Positions 1 to 25,049 of a stretch of DNA of 64,000 nucleotides are shown piece by piece. The position numbers and the translations under genes are program-made. The stretch comes from the human T2T-CHM13v2.0 reference genome, Homo sapiens: assembly GCF_009914755.1 (NCBI RefSeq), contig NC_060943.1. The stretch is one strand, 5' to 3'. Each line of letters starts with the position of its first letter. Position 1 is the first letter of the stretch. Under the pieces are notes generated by a model, which was not told the origin of the DNA, ran no database searches, and was given only the letters and a program-made list of their open reading frames with translations.

Positions 1-405
1 TCTTATTTCAGAGAACCTGATTACTAAAGTACCCATGTAATAAATGATAGATAGGGAAAAATCTTAAGGATATAAAAAATATTTCAGAAATATTATTTTT
101 GAAAAAAATCAGGTTACAAGCCACATGTAGAACATGATATTATTTGTAAAACATACACATATTTCAATATAGGATTCAGGCCATTATATATAACTAGACT
201 GAAAAAGTCTAGAATATCATACACCCGTATATTAACAGCGTTTATCTTTTTGTTTTGATCTTGGGGTATTTTGGTTAAATATATCATAATTTTTGGTCAG
301 TTGCCATGCCTTACTTGAAATATATGTATGTAAACTTTTGTGTGTGTGTTTTAAGCGGAAACCTACACTCTCAAAAGCAGAACGTTCACTTTTTAAAACC
401 ATCTC

Positions 406-732
406 GGCTGGGCGCGGTGGCTCACGCCTGTAATCCCAGCACTTTGGGAGGCCGAGGCGGGCGGATCACGAGGTCAGGAGATCGAGACCATCCTGGCTAA
501 CACGGTGAAACCCCATCTCCACTAAAAATACAAAAAATTAGCCGGGTGAGGTGGCAGGCGCCTGTAGTCCCAGCTACTCGGGAGGCTGAGGCAGGAAAAT
601 GGCGTGAACCCTGGGGAGCGGAGCTTGCAGTGAGCCGAGATCGCATCACTGCACTCCAGCCTGGGCAACAGAGCAAGACTCCATCTCAAAAAAAAAAAAA
701 AAAATAAAAATAAAAAATAAAAAATAAAAAAT
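406..732 (+). mobile_element. AluY
   Basis: AluY diagnostics gagatcgagaccatcctggctaacacgg and atggcgtgaacc; TSD aaaaccatctc (395-405 and 733-743). Confidence 0.9.
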
Positions 733-1041
733 AAAACCATCTCTACTTGATCTTACAGAAAAACAATAAATTTGGATTGTTTTTGCTGAATTACTTGTGT
801 TTCCTTCAGTTTCCTCATAGCTGAACCTCCTCTAAGATTTCTGTCACATCACCTGAATCTGGATAGTGGTCCTTAATACATTGATTCCTAGTCAGAGTTT
901 ATTTTACTAGAATATAAGACACCTTAGCAACTATGTCATTTTAGTCTACCACCTCAAATGCTATGATTGCAAGGTCTGTTACACTATAAGCACTTATACC
1001 TGTAGGCAAATTATACTTCTAGGAATTCGCTTAAGGAAATG

Positions 1042-2632
<1,591 letters not shown>

Positions 2633-2813
2633 CACTAGTAAAAATACATAAAATGCATGTACAATGATGTTCAAAATGTATTTTTGATAACCAAACATTT
2701 AAAACAAAAATCTAACAGCAACACATTAATTACTTCGGCTCTGCTATATGACAACAAATACAATTTTTTTTGTTTTGTTTTTTGTTTTTTTTAGATGGAG
2801 TCTCACTCTGTAG

Positions 2814-2954
<141 letters not shown>

Positions 2955-3252
2955 TAGTAGAGACGAGGTTTTACCATGTTGCCCTGGGTGGTCTTGAACT
3001 CCTGAGCTCCAGTGATCCATCTGCCTTGGCCTCCCAAAGTGCTGGGATTACAGGCGTGAGCCACTGTGTCTGTCTCAACATTGTTAATCATATTGATTTT
3101 AACCTAGACTAACAAAGAAACATATGCAAGAAGAATCACCGAGGAAGGCAGGTTTAAAATAATAAATTTCCAGCTGGGCAGGGTGACTGACATCTGTAAT
3201 CCTGCCACTTTGTGAGGCCAAGGTGGGAGGACTGCTTGAGCTCAGGGGTTCA

Positions 3253-3438
<186 letters not shown>

Positions 3439-3569
3439 TCAAGCAAGACCTTGTCTCAGAAAAATAAAAATAGAAATAATGACAAAATATATTTCCATAA
3501 TTTGAAAATTTTATGCTGTTCAAATTCAGAATAATCGGGTTGTCACAGAGCTCATAGAGTTCATGACAT

Positions 3570-4226
<657 letters not shown>

Positions 4227-4277
4227 TAGTAGAGACGGGGTTTCACTGTGTTAGCCAGGATGGTCTCCATCTCCTGA

Positions 4278-4496
<219 letters not shown>

Positions 4497-4821
4497 TAGC
4501 TGGGACTACAGGCACCTACCACCACGTCCAGCTAATTTTTGTATTTTTAGTAGAGACAGGGTTTTGCCATGTTGGCCAGGCTGGTCTTGAACTCCTGACC
4601 TCAAGTGATCCACCTGCCTCAGCCTCCCAAAGTGCTGGGATTATAGGTGTGAGCCACCACACCCAGCCAAAATATTCACATTAGTTTTTACTGTACAAAG
4701 GTATTATGGATGATGTCTCTCCTTTATGTTTATTTCCAATTTTTCTCAGATATTATTAATTTTTATAAGGAAATTACTAAAGAACAAGGATTTCTTGTCA
4801 GGTCCTGTTTTTCTCTTATAT

Positions 4822-5290
4822 TGTAAGACCTAAAATTTCATCTGTTATCTTAACACCTTTGAGCCTCACCGGGTCCCAAAGGCCTAACCATGAGTTTCCC
4901 TGCTCTCATCAGATATGCCCCCTACCCAGCAAGAAAGGCTCCCAGCCAGTTAGTTCCTTCGAAGGCCAGACCAGCTATATCCCACCTGGTCCTCAAGCTA
5001 ATGGAGTTCATCTCCCTGCCAGCCCATGAAACCAATGAAGCAAGATAATCTCATTCTCCCATGGAAACCAGGGGGCGCCTCATCCTCTTACTATTATAAA
5101 ACCTGCCTCTCACAGCCCCTGCTGAGGTAGTCTACTTCCAAGTGCAATCTTCCTGCAGAGGTGCTAACTTTCTTTCTTTGGGATATGCATTTTTATGTGA
5201 TTAATAAGCTGCTGTCAATCTCATCTGTCCAGTTTCCAGGTGTCATGTGTCAGATACCTCCAGAACCATAGGGCAAGACTCTGTCACCAC
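4822..5290 (+). mobile_element. Old ERV LTR, family uncertain
   Basis: TG start, tataaaa at ~5095, ttaataa at ~5201, CA-like end. Confidence 0.35.
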
Positions 5291-5339
5291 AAGGGAAAAG
5301 AGGTGGGCAAAACACTTTCCAATTCTTTTTTTTTTTTGA

Positions 5340-5724
<385 letters not shown>

Positions 5725-6663
5725 TAAATCATGTTCTCAGTCTAGTTTAATGCATGGTCTGAAGTTGAGCTACTCAAAATAATTTTGGAAAAGTGTCTGT
5801 GGCTGAAATTTCATTTTGCTAAGCATACAAACCTAAAATGAATATTATTTTAGTGTTGTCCTATTTGTAAGGGAGATCAGGCAAAAAAATTAAAGGTGTG
5901 GAATCTCTATTGAGCCTTGATTTACAGGGAAAAGGACTGTTTGAGATGACTTTTCAGGTTAAGAGAAAATGGACTATTAGAGTAAAAAGAATTGAGTCAA
6001 ATGAATTTTGTTGGTTCAGGAAACAGATACTGGTGTGAAAATGTAAAATGGTACAATCATGATGAGAAATTTGTCAATGTCACAAGTTAAAATGCACATA
6101 GCAAACCTACCTTTGAGAATTGATATAAAAACGTACAAATATGTAAACTAATGTTTACACAAGTATATTGTTTGGAGCATTGCTTTTAAGAAAACATAGG
6201 GGCTAGGTGCAGTGGCTCCTGCCTATAATCCCAGCACTTTGAGAGGCCAAGATGAGCAGATCACTTGAGGTCAGGAGTTTGAGACCAGCCTGGCCAACAT
6301 GGTGAAACCCCGTCTCCACTAAAAAATACAAAAAAATTAGCGAAGTGTGGTGGTGCATGCCTGTAATCCCAGCTACTAGAGGGGCTGAGTCAGGAGAATA
6401 GCTTGAACCCAGGAGGCAGAGGTTGCAGTGAGCTGGGATTGCAACAGTGCCAGCCTAAGAGACAGAGCAAGACTATGTTTCAAAAAGAAAGAAAGAAAGA
6501 AAGAAAACATAGGAAATTCCTTAATATACAGTAGGAGAAGGCATGTTTCTTAAATTAGGATGCAGCCATACTGGGGCCTTTGGCATTGTTGAAAATGACA
6601 TTCCTTACGTACTGATTTGGAACTATGTTTACATGAAGAAAACGAAATATGTACTTATATATG

Positions 6664-7775
6664 TGTTGTGGAAAGTCTGGGACCCTGAACGGAGGGACCA
6701 GCTGAAGCCACAGCAGAAGAACATAAATTGTGAAGATTTCATGGACATTTATCAGTTCCCAAAATTAATACTTTTATAATTTCTTACGCCTGTCTTTACT
6801 GCAATCTCTGAACATAAATTGTGAAGATTTCATGGACATTTATTAGTTCCCCAAATTAATACTTTTATAATTTCTTATGCCATCTTACTTTAATCTCTTA
6901 ATCCCATCATCTTTGTAAGCTGAGGATGTATGACACCTCAGGACCCTGTGACGATTGTGTTAACTGTACAAATTGTAAAACGTGTGTTTCAACAATATGA
7001 AATCTGATTGTAAAACATGAGTGTTTGAACAATATGAAATCAGTGCACCCTGAAAAAGAACAGAATAACAGTGATTTTCAGGGAACAAGGGAGATAACCA
7101 TAAGGTCTGACTGCCTGCAGGGTCAGGCAGAATAAAGCCATATTTTTCTTCTTGCAGGGAGCCTATAAATGGACGTTTGAGTAGGAGAAATATCGCTGAA
7201 TTCTTTTCCCAGCAGGGAATATTAATAACTGATACCCTGGGGAAGGAATGCATTCCTGGGGGTAGGTCTATAGACGGCCACTCTGGGAATGTCTGTCTTA
7301 TGTGGTTGAGATAAGGACTGAAATATGCCCTGGTCTCCTACAGTACCCTAAGGCTTACTAGGATTGGGAAATTCCAGCCTAGTAAATTCTAGTCAGACTG
7401 GTTGTCTGCTCTCGAATCCTGTTTCCTGTTAAGATGTTTATCAAGACAATGCGTGCATAGTGGGACACAGACCCTCATCAGTAATTCTAATTTTGTCCTT
7501 GCCTTGTGATCTTTTATTGCCCTTTGAAGCATGTGATCTTTGTGACTTACTCCCTGTTCGTACATCTGCTCCCCTTCCAGAATCCCTAATAGAAACTTGC
7601 TGGTTTTGCGGCTCAGGGGCATCACGGAACCTGCCGATATGTGATGTCACCCCTAGAGGCCTAGCTGTAAAATTTCTCTCTTTGTACTCTTTCTCTTTAT
7701 TTCTCACACCGGCTAACACTTAGGGAAAATGGAAAAGAACCTACGTTGAAATATTGGGGGCTGGTTCCCCTGAAA
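6664..7775 (+). mobile_element. MER11 (MER11C-like, HML-8) solo LTR
   Basis: Starts tgttgtggaaagtctgggacc, has the internal gaacataaattgtgaagatttc duplication, ends gaaatattgggggctggttcccc; imperfect TSD tatatg/taaatg. Confidence 0.85.
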
Positions 7776-8689
7776 TAAATGCATGTTACATATATGTATA
7801 TTTGGAATTATATATGGATATAAATACATTTGTATGTGTGTGTATATGTGCATATTTTTATATAAAAATACCTTCTCTGGAAGGATATATACCAAAATAA
7901 AAATGTTGACTCTAAGGTTAGCTACTGTATGACTGGACTATGTGGAAGGAAAGGCTGCTTATCTTTTTACTTAAACCTTTTCATACCTATTGAACTGTTA
8001 TTCTATGTATGTATTACATATTTAAAATACGTAATAATGCTGATGACTAAAACATAGGCATCCTTTGATGAGTATGTTTCCCATTTGCTCAATGTCCTCA
8101 TGAACATAAATACATATAAACACAACCTTGGTTCCTTTTTTTTTTTTTAAGACAAGGTCTCCCTCTGTCACCAAGGTTAGAGTGGCACTGCAGCCTCGAC
8201 TTCCCAGGCTCAAGCCGTCCTCCCACCTCAGCCTCCTGAGTAGCTGGGACCACAGGTTCGAACCTTTTTATTTTTTGCAGAGTCAGGGTCTTGCTATGTT
8301 GCCCATGCTGGTGGCGAACTCCCAGGCTCAAGCAATCCTCCCACCTCCGCCTCCCAAAGTGCTGGCATTACAGGCATGAGCCACCACGCCTGGCTCAATT
8401 CTTCTGACAGCACCTTCTACCCAGATTTTGGGCGTTTGGCCACAATTTATCTTCACTGTCTTGGGATCTCATGACCAGGCATTACCAATGAAAGATGTTT
8501 CTCCAGTCTATGGGCTTTAAAATGCAGCAAAGCCCATCCATGCAAAATACAAAAAGTATTACACAAGCGTACAGAATTGTACATTATAAACCTACCTTCA
8601 GGAGTTTATACCAACTCAAGCGCGCGTTGTTACTCGGGGTCACAGCACTGATTCTACAGGGCAGTCATCACACACGTCTGAGGCCTCAG

Positions 8690-9430
8690 AAGAGCGTCGA
8701 AGTCACCTTTCAGCCTACCCCAGCCAGGTTCCACTCAGACTCGCCTCCTGGGGCCCTAAGAACACAGGAACACCGCCCTTGACCTAGCGTCAGAAACGCT
8801 CCCTCACGGGTTGGCCGCTCTGCGCATGCGCACTCCTAGCCCAGGCTGCAACTCCCCGAAGCCTCCGGGACTCGGCGGTGGGCGTGGCGGGCGGTCGCCG
8901 TGGTCACCACCGCTTTTCTCAGAGGTTTTAACGCCCCTAGACTTCATTTCCCGACAGGGACTGCGGGTCTGGATATTCCGTCGTGGACTACGTTTCCCAC
9001 TGACGACGGAGAAAACTTGGTCCTTTGGCTCCGCGCTGCGCGTGACCTGCAGTCACCTGAGCAAGAGGGCGGCGTGGGTCGCTGCGGGAGCCCCTACAGC
9101 CCCAGCCCGCAGCCCACGTGGCACCCTACAGGGCTGTGAGAGTGGGGCTGCTGGAGGCGTTCAGAGCGCGGAGGCCCCAGGCGCGGGCCGGGCTCTCTCC
9201 CGCCTCCTCAGGCCCGGGGGTGCTGGAGCTGCCGAGGTGGGGGCTCATCTTTGGGAGACAGGTGGGGAGTGTGAGAGACCGCGCAGCGGCGACAGGGCCG
9301 GGCGTGCCTGTGTGACGTGGGTGCAGCTGTGGGACTGTGAGGGGTGCGTGGTCGACCTTGTGTAACCTGGATGTGCAGTGCGTGTCCTTTGCAAAGCGTG
9401 CGTTGCTGTGGCTCCGTGGCGTCAGCAACC
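8690..9430. promoter_or_regulatory. CpG island, probably a bidirectional KRAB-ZNF-type promoter
   Basis: High GC/CpG. Perfect NRF1 palindrome TGCGCATGCGCA (8821-8832), GC boxes, and ZNF143/THAP11-like ACTACnTTTCCC motifs (~8941, ~8987). A strong - strand donor AAG|gtaggt at 8595 suggests a leftward first exon. Confidence 0.85.
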
Positions 9431-9462
9431 CTTCCCTGCTGTTTCCTTTGTCCTCCTCTCAG

Positions 9463-9540
9463 TCAAGTATGACTGCCACAGAGAAATGGTCCCATCCAGG
9501 AAATCAGATATTGAGTCCTACCTGAGTTTCCAGCAAGAAG
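9463..9540 (+). other. Candidate 5'UTR exon of the KRAB gene containing a short uORF
   Basis: Long pyrimidine tract plus ag at 9461-9462; donor AAG|gtacgg at 9541. Confidence 0.35.
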
Positions 9541-10043
9541 GTACGGACTTGCTGTTAGGATGGGAATTATGGATCAGGAATTGCCCTGAGATGGGGTCCT
9601 GGTAACAGATAGACTCTAGGATAGGATTCCCTCCTGGGGATTGCGGCAGAGTGTACTTGCAAGTGGAGCCTTGAAGGGTAAGATCATAAATGTTCTACAT
9701 TGTGGTGACTCTGGAATTTGTAGTATTTGGGACAATACAGTTACTAAAAAGACATTATTGCGTCCTTTAAAATGTTTATTATCTGTCAGTGAAGGTAATA
9801 TCTGAATAGGATTAATATGTGTTAGGCAGTGTGTGATCCTACCTCGTGAATTCGCTGGAAATACACTTCAGTCTGTCTATCACAACAGGATATGAACAAA
9901 TTATACCAATCCTGTTGAATCTATGGCAATAAATAGATTTTGTGCTGTAACTTTCGTGGCTCACAGTTTCCTTCTAATTAGGTTAGATGCAAAATGAAAG
10001 TATTATAATAGAATAAAGTAATTCGGCCGGGCGTGGTGGCTCA

Positions 10044-10367
<324 letters not shown>

Positions 10368-11264
10368 TTATCTGACAGGCTTAGAAACAAAATAAGCCTT
10401 TTTGTCCAGAAGATCTGAAATAAAGCTGTGTGGTGACCGCCATCAGTTTATTCAAAAGATTACTCAGGGACTACTCCCCATTTTTTCAAGACAGAATTCT
10501 GTCATACCTGAGAAGAAATGATCAAGTAAGTTCAGATAATAGGATCCAAAGGAAACAAAAGATAAGACATTTAGTATAACAACGTAAATGTAGAGAACAA
10601 AGACATTGTCTCAAGTCCCTTTCTTTTGGGGGAACATCTTCCTGTTAACAACAACAACAACAACAAAAACTAAAAAAGCCCACATGTGTTTCAAGTTAAC
10701 CTATTGTTATTATTGGAATAATTATGAACAAGGCTTTAAAAATTAAAATCAAGGTCAAACAAAAAGAAAAATAGTGTTAATAGGTGGCCATATAACCTTC
10801 CAAGTTTTTGTTTACTGATTTCAGTAATCGTCTGCTTCTCTGTATTGATAGTCATGTTTTATAATAATGATTATATTGGCCAACCTGATTTTTCTATTGA
10901 CAGTATATCTGAAATATTTCCTGTGTCCTTAAGTATTTTTCACAGCTTCCCATTTTACATGTACGATGGTCTGCCATATCTAGTAAGCTTTGTCAGATCC
11001 AAAATACTAAATGCTGCCTTTCTGTCCCCAGTGTCTTTGCTCAGTTCAAAAGCCACAGAAGAAGTTCTGGACGATGTGGGCCTTCAATCTTCTAAGATGG
11101 GAATAGAAAGAAGAGGATCTACCCAGACCAGGACCCTGCTGCCCAATCTCAGGTCTACATCTGCCTCACCAAAATAATACAGTGGCCAGAAACCTCCCTG
11201 CTAACATCATAGTTTGTCTGTGATGCAGAAATGCCTCTGTTTTGTTGTTGTTTTGTTTTTGTAG

Positions 11265-11405
<141 letters not shown>

Positions 11406-11758
11406 TAGCTGATTTTTATTTTGTAGAGACTGGGTCTCACTATGTTGCCCAGGCTGGCCTTGAACTCTTGACCTCAAGCGATCTTCCTGCCTCAGCCTCC
11501 CCAGTTGCTGGGATTACAGGCGTGAGCCATCGTGCCTGGCCCCAGAAATGCTTCTCTTCTATGACTTTGTTCAGTGGAGACCTCTGTGATTTGGGGGAGG
11601 AAATAGATTTATCCAGAACCCCAATTTGCCCGAATTATGTATGATGGGAAATAGTTTGAGACCTGGAATGGAAGAGCATCACAGCAATATTAAGTAACTT
11701 AAGGTCTGTCAGGAACACTAATGCAAAACTGGTCTCAAGGTCTTTCTTCTTCCTCCAG

Positions 11759-11841
11759 CTCTGGCTTTCTGGATCTGTGCTTCTCTGGTAGAGGAACCCT
11801 GAGGACTGATCTACTCTTGCAGTTCTAAAACCATGGCCCAT
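11759..11841 (+). pseudogene. KRAB gene start-codon exon (M-A-H)
   Basis: Acceptor ttcttcctccag|; ttctaaaaccATGGCCCAT|gtaagt with ATG at 11833; a typical three-codon KRAB-ZNF initiation exon. Confidence 0.75.
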
Positions 11842-12057
11842 GTAAGTTCACGTTTTTCTCCTTGTTGAAATATGTGTGTGTTGGCCAGGCACGGTGGCTC
11901 AGGCCTGTCATCCCAACACTTTGGGAGGCCAAGGCGGGTGGATCACCTGAGGTCAGGAGTTTGACACCAGCCTGGCCAACATGGTGAAACCCTGTCTCTA
12001 CTAAAAATACAAAAACAGCCCAGCATGATGGCAGATGCCTGTAATCCCAGCTACTCA

Positions 12058-12159
<102 letters not shown>

Positions 12160-12761
12160 TCAAAAAAAAAAAAAAGAAATATGTGTGTGTTTTTAGGTCA
12201 TGAAGGTATTTTTATTAATTTTCCTGAAATTTCCTACCAGGAGAGGCTCATCAAATAACATGCTTCCAGCTCTTATTCTTCCAGTTCCCAGCATCCACCC
12301 AATATGTCCCATTATAAACCTCCTTTGTTCATGTAATTACTGAGCAAATTATTCAGCATGTCTTAAGAGCCCTCTATCAAGGGCAGTGGTGGAGTTAAGT
12401 CCTTTTAAGTAAAGATTTGTGCTTTTTGGGTCAAGTCTAGTTTGGTAAGATAGAGTCAATGGTTGTATTTGACCATCCATAACAAAACTTAAATTATCAC
12501 CGACTGGAGATTTCCAGGAAGTGAAGATGAAAATTTGGTATTGAATGATCAAACTCAGTCATTCATTGGGTGAAATCTCATGCTTTGTGTGGTTCAGTAA
12601 ATGACTGGGGACTTGCAAACTTGGAGGTTATGGATTTTGGCAAGAAACCCCTCAGGAATAAATATCAGGACTATTCTGATGTTGGATGGAACCTACTAAA
12701 TTTAGATGACATGTATATAATTCATTATTCTTCCTTAGTATTCTTTAACTCAATGCATTTG

Positions 12762-13290
12762 TTATCTATTATTACATAACAAATTAGACCAAAACTTAAT
12801 GGCTTAAGACAGCAAACATTTATCTCACAGTTTCTTTGGATCAGAAATCCAGACATGGCTTAGCTTGCCTCTCTGGCTCTCGATCTCTTACAAGGAGATC
12901 CAGGTTTTGGTCAGGACTACAGTCATCTTAAGGCTTAACTTGGGGTGGATCTTTTTCTAAGCTCACTCAACTAGTTGTTAACAGGATCCAGTTTCTCACA
13001 GGCTTCAGACTGACAGTCTTAGTTCCTCATTCGCTGTTGCCTGGAAGCTGCTCTTGGTTTATTGTCATGTGGGTCTGTCCATAGAATAGCTTAAAACATG
13101 GTGGCTGTGTTTTAATCAGTGAGCAAATGAGACATCAAGAGAGGGAGAGAAATACAGAAAAAGTGCTGAAGTAACATTTCAGCACTGTAGCTATTCTGCT
13201 TATTAAGAGCAAGTCACTTGGTTCAGCCCACATGCAAGGGAAGGAGATTACACAAGCATGTAATACTATCGGATGGGGATCTTTGGTAAC
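12762..13290 (-). mobile_element. MLT1 (MaLR) LTR, old
   Basis: cataacaaatt...aaaacttaatggcttaa...tatctcacagtttct...gggaaggagattacacaag pattern. Confidence 0.6.
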
Positions 13291-14103
13291 CTATATAGCA
13301 AGCCAGGTGCTCAGTGAGAGATGGTAGAGAGCCACAAAAGAGAATGTCATTATAAGTAGCAAGTGAACACAGAATCCTAGAACTGGGGAAGACCTTAAAA
13401 ATGTTGTGTATCCTAACTGCATTGTAAACAAGTAAGTCTGATATTGCCCTAAGATATAATTCTCATGTGCCCCCAAAATACATGGATTTGTCAAAACAAG
13501 AGAAAAATGCTTATGGTGAGATCTGATGTAATGAAGTATTTAATGCTTGAGAGAATTCTTAATTTTATGTAAACCCTATTTTCTAAAATCAAGGCCAGGT
13601 GCTGTAATCCCTGTAATTCCAGGTGTTCACACCTGTAATCTCACCACTTAGGAAGGCTGATATGGGAGCATTGCTTGAGACCAGGAGTTCAAGACCAGCC
13701 TGGCCAACACAGCAAGACCCTGTCTCTATTAAAAATAATAATAATCAAGACTTTATACTTCATTTGGGGAAAATATCTGATTAAATTTTTTGCTCCTCTT
13801 AAAAGCAAAAATTTTCCCCAGCAACTCATATGTATTTAAAAATTTATATGGCAGATACCAATCAGACATTATGCTTATATTCACTGTTTACTTTCATAGG
13901 CAAACATTATTATTTTATTTATTCCCAAATGGTGCAAGTATTTTAGAGTATGCCACATAGTTTTCTATATGCCAGCAGTCTTTTTCAAAAATACGTGTAC
14001 ATTCCACTTCAGTCCCCCTCATACTGTAAATTTGTAGACAACATGCTTGTTACATTGCTCTCTTCCTGCAATACAGTCCTTATTTCCCCTCCATCCATCT
14101 TGA

Positions 14104-14292
<189 letters not shown>

Positions 14293-15274
14293 TAGGATAA
14301 CTTTGAATCTGCTCTCTAGGATGATTTTTCATTGTGATTTTTAGGGCTGTCTTTCAAGAGACTAGTTAAATTTCTTTTCCCTTTTCCCCAAAGAAGTGGT
14401 TTGGGCTTTGTTGGGTAGGAAGTGACAGCTTCACTAGACATACTCATCTTCCCTGTCCCTCAGTGATGTTCAAACTTTTCTCTGGTCATAGTTACAGTTG
14501 TCTTTCTTCTTTTATAAGGAAGGGCTAGATTAGGATTCAGCAGCCTATATTATATAACCATTGTAAAAGGATCCAGGTTTCCTATTTCTTTATGCTCCGA
14601 ATTACTGTGGATACTCCATTATAGCATCTGATCCACTTGCAGATTACCTTGACATAGGATCCTGAATTGCTCTAATTATCAAAAGAACCTTTATAATGTA
14701 TATAGCTTTGGATTAGATAAATTGAATTCATTTAAAACTGAAGCAAACACATTCTATTTCCTAAGCAAATTTTAACTTATTCGTGGTTGAAAGTTGTGGT
14801 TTAAAGTTGTCATCTATAAACATTACATTTTAAATGGAATGAATATCCTATAAATATCTTTTCTTGTATACTCTTAACAAAACAACAATATCAATAATAA
14901 CCTTAGTAGTGAACACTGTGTCTATTAAAGGTAGTGTTCTAAGCATTTCACATATATGTCTCAACCAATTTAATCCTTATTAAATTCGACAATCTTATTA
15001 TATCCTCATTTTCCAGTTGAGAATATTAAAGCCCAGTGGATTTAAATGACTTGCTGAAGGTCATGCACAGCTGGGAGGTGGTAAAGGCAGGAATTGATAC
15101 CAGGCTCTAGAGTCTGTATTTTCAACCATGGTATTATGTGTACTCTCAGGAAAAAAAAAAAAAGATATGGGTGTGTAGGTTATATTTAAAATCCTTACCC
15201 AACCTAACTGATTTCTTGTTCTTTAATTTCCTCATCCTCTCAAAAACCTTATTCAGTTTCATTTTGATCCTTGA

Positions 15275-15280
15275 TTTATT
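15275..15280 (-). terminator. Candidate AATAAA polyadenylation signal for the - strand WDR87-paralogue transcript
   Basis: tttatt on + reads AATAAA on -, about 340 nt after the stop codon, inside the KRAB A-B intron. Confidence 0.4.
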
Positions 15281-15341
15281 ACAATTGTAATTTTGACAGC
15301 AAAGTATGTTTCTATATCAAGTGGCCTTTTTTTCTTTGTAA

Positions 15342-15476
<135 letters not shown>

Positions 15477-15614
15477 TAAATAACAACCTGTGTGGTCAGG
15501 GAAGAGACATACACTTGGGATGTTAGTTGGAAATCTCCATTCACAGCAGAGAAAAGGTGTGTGATTTATAAGGAAGATAAATACTCTGCATAAGCTACCC
15601 AGTGAGCTTCACCT

Positions 15615-16252
15615 TCACCTTAACATTCCTGGATGGGAACTTGCTATCCTTGAAGTGACAAGAGAACAAATGCCATCCCTCCAAGATCTGGTGTCTGGTC
15701 TACCTGCACGTCCAGGAGTCCCAGCCAAACCCCGGCTCTTCTTTTCACTTTTCTTGCTTTTACCTTCTTCTTGCTCATCAATTTTTACGATGTCTTCCTT
15801 AGGTTCTTCTGTAGTCACCTCTGAAATATCCTTCAAATCTTTTTTCTCTTTCCACAGCACATCTGCAATTCTGCCTTTTCTCATTGACTTTTTCCAAAGC
15901 CTTTTAATGTGTTCTTTTCTTTCCAGCTTAGAGATCACATCTCCATAATCTTTCATGCTACCTTGATCTATGGCTTCCATGGCGTCTGTGGCCTCCAGGG
16001 CTTCTGTGGCCTCCATGGCCTCTATAGCTTGTAAAATGACCTCCTGCTCTGTTTCAGCATAATCCTGGGATTTGACTGTGCTTAGAGAACTCAGTGGTAG
16101 CTCTGGCTCTAAGGTAACATGTTGGGTTTCAACTAGCTCTGATTTCCCGGCCTCTCTTTGTTCACCTGCATCTTCTGAAGGCATCAACATGGAACTAGAC
16201 ATTTCCAATTTTGTCTTTCTGTGCTTCCTGGCAACTCTCAGGTCCTTTTTAA
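15615..16252 (-). pseudogene. WDR87 paralogue last visible exon (K/E-rich), ending at a TGA
   Basis: Acceptor ttctcccaatatctctgcag|TT AAA AAG continues phase 1 into ORF 15615..16208; stop TGA at 15617-15615. Confidence 0.75.
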
Positions 16253-16511
16253 CTGCAGAGATATTGGGAGAAAAACAGTTAACAGAAACACAGAGGTCTT
16301 GAGTAAGATCCTTTGTAAAATCTAATTCATTGAGCTACCATAAGAGATACAAAGCAGGGGGACTAAGGCTTTATGATATGGAAATGCTCGGTTTCATCCC
16401 ACCATCCATATTCTAACAAAATAAGAGCTTGGTATTTGCTGTGGGGTAGATCTTTCTCAGGAATGTCACTTTCTGTGAATAAGATTCTCCCACTGAACTC
16501 CATTCTCACTA

Positions 16512-20000
<3,489 letters not shown>

Positions 20001-20136
20001 TAGTCAGTGGGACACATGATGCTTCTTTGGTTGGGAGATTTGTGGACATGAGTCTTGAGGAATCTTGAGAAATTGAAGAAATGATGGAAAGACAGGCTAG
20101 TCAGTGGTCAGAAGGAAAGGGGTAGGTGCTGGGTAA

Positions 20137-20490
<354 letters not shown>

Positions 20491-20587
20491 TAGAATTTAA
20501 AAAGCATTTTTGAAATGGGAAGAAACAGATTTTGGAGGATAGGAGATGGAAGGAACCAGAAGAGGAGAAGGTCACCATCCAACTTAC

Positions 20588-23428
<2,841 letters not shown>

Positions 23429-23576
23429 CTAGAAGAGGATGAGAGATGAAAGCCTGACTGTGGAGGTGGATCATTTTCCAAAGTGTGGGGTAGGGAAGGC
23501 TGAATATTCAGATCCCTGTTCCCTCTGGTGTGACTAAGGAAAGACTAGACAGCTTGACTTTAGGAATCTCCTAGTA

Positions 23577-24615
<1,039 letters not shown>

Positions 24616-24881
24616 TACTAGGAATTGGGTATGTGATAGAAGCACCATGTTCAAGGCCCTTTTCTTGGCCTTCAGTCTACTTGATGGAGAATATGAATTC
24701 TGAGGGCCTGATAACATGAGGTGAAGAAGGATCACTGCATCCAGTCAAACTGGGATATGGAGATGGGTACTAAAATGAGCTAATTCACAGTCACTACCAT
24801 CATTCTAAAATGAGGGCAGTTCAGGTGTGATGCATGTAAATTGAATTAAGAAGGAGAGGGGGAAAAACGAGGTGGCTTTAC

Positions 24882-25049
24882 CTGCATTTTTCCACAGGGT
24901 TCCATCCAGTTTAAGGAGACAAAATAGTTGACCTTGATGGAGTAGTAGAAGCAGACAAAAAGCTTGTTCTGTGGATGGTGAGACTCCCGGTATAGAGTCT
25001 CAGGCCAGTCACTCAGTAGAACCACATCATTCTTTGGTTCTTCATCATT
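24882..25049 (-). pseudogene. WDR87 paralogue coding exon 2 (NDEEPKNDVVLLSDWPE...WMEPCGKMQ)
   Basis: Acceptor ttctctctcag|, donor CAG|gtaaag, 168 nt, open, phase 0/0; lies within track ORF 24846..25097. Confidence 0.85.

Noticed and set aside
6716-6885. ~90-bp tandem duplication, superficially array-like
   Set aside because: Intrinsic feature of MER11 LTRs; no spacer structure, not CRISPR.
8811-9428. 184-aa and overlapping ORFs in the first CpG island (similarly 46216..47084)
   Set aside because: GC-rich, stop-poor sequence; non-ATG or weak starts; no recognisable domain.
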